Positions 61,901-64,000 of a stretch of DNA of 64,000 bases are shown piece by piece. Source of the stretch: Nemertoderma westbladi (Eukaryota; Animalia; Xenacoelomorpha); NCBI GenBank assembly GCA_032718475.1, contig JAUCBJ010004177.1, positions 18,861 to 82,860 of the forward strand, read 5' to 3'. How positions within the stretch are numbered: the stretch's first letter is position 1; each line of letters opens with the position of its first letter. Under the pieces are notes generated by a model, which was not told the DNA's origin, did no database searches, and saw only the letters and a program-made list of their open reading frames with translations. Position numbers and translations under genes: made by a program.

Positions 61901-64000
61901 TTAAACCTATTGGATCTCGACGGGCTCTGGGTATGTTGTTCAAACCCCAGTTTCGTATTAAACCTATTGGATCTCGACGGGCTCTGGGTATGTTGTTTAA
62001 ACCCCAGTTTAGTATTAAACCTATTGGATCTCGACGGGCTCTGGGTATGTTGTTCAAACCCCAGTTTCGTATTAAACCTATTGGATCTCGACGGGCTCTG
62101 GGTATGTTGTTCAAACCCCAGTTTCGTATTAAACCTATTGGATCTCGACGGGCTCTGGGTATGTTGTTCAAACCCCAGTTTAGTATTAAACCTATTGGAT
62201 CTCGACGGGCTCTGGGTATGTTGTTCAAACCCCAGTTTCGTATTAAACCTATTGGATCTCGACGGGCTCTGGGTATGTTGTTCAAACCCCAGTTTCGTAT
62301 TAAACCTATTGGATCTCGACGGGCTCTGGGTATGTTGTTCAAACCCCAGTTTCGTATTAAACCTATTGGATCTCGACGGGCTCTGGGTATGTTGTTCAAA
62401 CCCCAGTTTCGTATTAAACCTATTGGATCTCGACGGGCTCTGGGTATGTTGTTCAAACCCCAGTTTAGTATTAAACCTATTGGATCTCGACGGGCTCTGG
62501 GTATGTTGTTCAAACCCCAGTTTCGTATTAAACCTATTGGATCTCGACGGGCTCTGGGTATGTTGTTCAAACCCCAGTTTCGTATTAAACCTATTGGATC
62601 TCGACGGGCTCTGGGTATGTTGTTCAAACCCCAGTTTCGTATTAAACCTATTGGATCTCGACGGGCTCTGGGTATGTTGTTCAAACCCCCGTTTCGTATT
62701 AAACCTATTGGATCTCGACGGGCTCTGGGTATGTTGTTCAAACCCCAGTTTCGTATTAAACCTATTGGATCTCGACGGGCTCTGGGTAGATTGTTCAAAC
62801 CCCAGTTTCGTTTCGTATTAAACCTATTGGATCTCGACGGGCTCTGGGTATGTTGTTCAAACCCCAGTTTCGTATTAAACCTATTGGATCTCGACGGGCT
62901 CTGGGTATGTTGTTCAAACCCCAGTTTCGTATTAAACCTATTGGAACTCGATGGGCTCTGGGTATGTTGTTCAAACCCCAGTTTCGTATTAAACCTATTG
63001 GATCTCGACGGGCTCTGGGTATGTTGTTCAAACCCCCGTTTCGTATTAAACCTATTGGATCTCGACGGGCTCTGGGTATGTTGTTCAAACCCCAGTTTCG
63101 TATTAAACCTATTGGATCTCGACGGGCTCTGGGTATGTTGTTCAAACCCCAGTTTCGTATTAAAACTATTGGATCTCGACGGGCTCTGGGTATGTTGTTC
63201 AAACCCCAGTTTCGTATTAAACCTATTGGATCTCGACGGGCTCTGGGTATGTTGTTCAAACCCCAGTTTCGTATTAAACCTATTGGATCTCGACGGGCTC
63301 GGGGTATGTTGTTCAAACCCCAGTTTCGTATTAAACCTATTGGATCTCGACGGGCTCTGGGTATTGGGCATGTTGTTCAAACCCTAGTTTCGTATTAAAC
63401 CTATTGGATCTCGACGGGCTCTGGGTATGTTGTTCAAACCCCAGTTTCGTATTAAACCTATTGGATCTCGACGGGCTCTGGGTATTGGGCATGTTGTTCA
63501 AACCCTAGTTTCGTATTAAACCTATTGGATCTCGACGGGCTCTGGGTATGTTGTTCAAACCCCAGTTTCGTATTAAACCTATTGGATCTCGACGGGCTCT
63601 GGGTATGTTGTTCAAACCCCAGTTTCGTATTAAACCTATTGGATCTCGACGGGCTCTGGGTATGTTGTTCAAACCCCAGTTTCGTATTAAACCTATTGGA
63701 TCTCGACGGGCTCTGGGTATGTTGTTCAAACCCCAGTTTCGTATTAAACCTATTGGATCTCGACGGGCTCTGGGTATGTTGTTCAAACCCCAGTTTCGTA
63801 TTAAACCTATTGGATCTCGACGGGCTCTGGGTATGTTGTTCAAACCCCAGTTTCGTATTAAACCTATTGGATCTCGACGGGCTCTGGGTATGTTGTTCAA
63901 ACCCCAGTTTCGTATTAAACCTATTGGATATCAACGGGCTCTGGGTATGTTGTTCAAACCCCAGTTTCGTATTAAACCTATTGGATCTCGACGGGCTCTG
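52999..64000. repeat. 57-bp satellite (TATTAAACCTATTGGATCTCGACGGGCTCTGGGTATGTTGTTCAAACCCCAGTTTCG), ~190 copies, running off the window end
   Basis: Highly homogeneous tandem array with recurrent +4, +5 and +7 bp variant monomers. Confidence 0.99.

Noticed and set aside
52948-63934. Dozens of long ORFs on both strands
   Set aside because: Artefact of a 57-bp (19-codon) monomer that lacks stops in several frames; frames switch at indel variants.

Overview
Repeat-dense eukaryotic (probably invertebrate metazoan) genomic window with no prokaryotic features. One plausible host gene is present: an intronless 526-aa leucine-rich-repeat protein with an N-terminal BC/SOCS-box-like motif (6540-8120, minus). 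The rest is nested transposable elements and tandem arrays: two RTE-clade LINE families, a near full-length two-ORF LINE, CRE-, Penelope-, Gypsy- and hAT-type relics, P/Galileo-like and piggyBac-like non-autonomous DNA elements, a Helentron/DINE-like element, and satellites of 39, 29-31, 53, 59 and 57 bp (the last >11 kb, with ~4-kb higher-order structure). The most unusual object is a structurally complete 10.9-kb BEL/Pao-type LTR element (33755-44640; 539/538-bp LTRs, ATAAT TSD). It keeps a very long Gag-protease reading frame, has lost RT/RNase H/most of integrase, and lacks a canonical tRNA primer-binding site. Downstream of the pol remnant it carries an array of ~18-20 small hairpins and a non-env accessory ORF with three CCHC zinc knuckles. 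All family assignments come from motif recognition by eye; no database searches were run.
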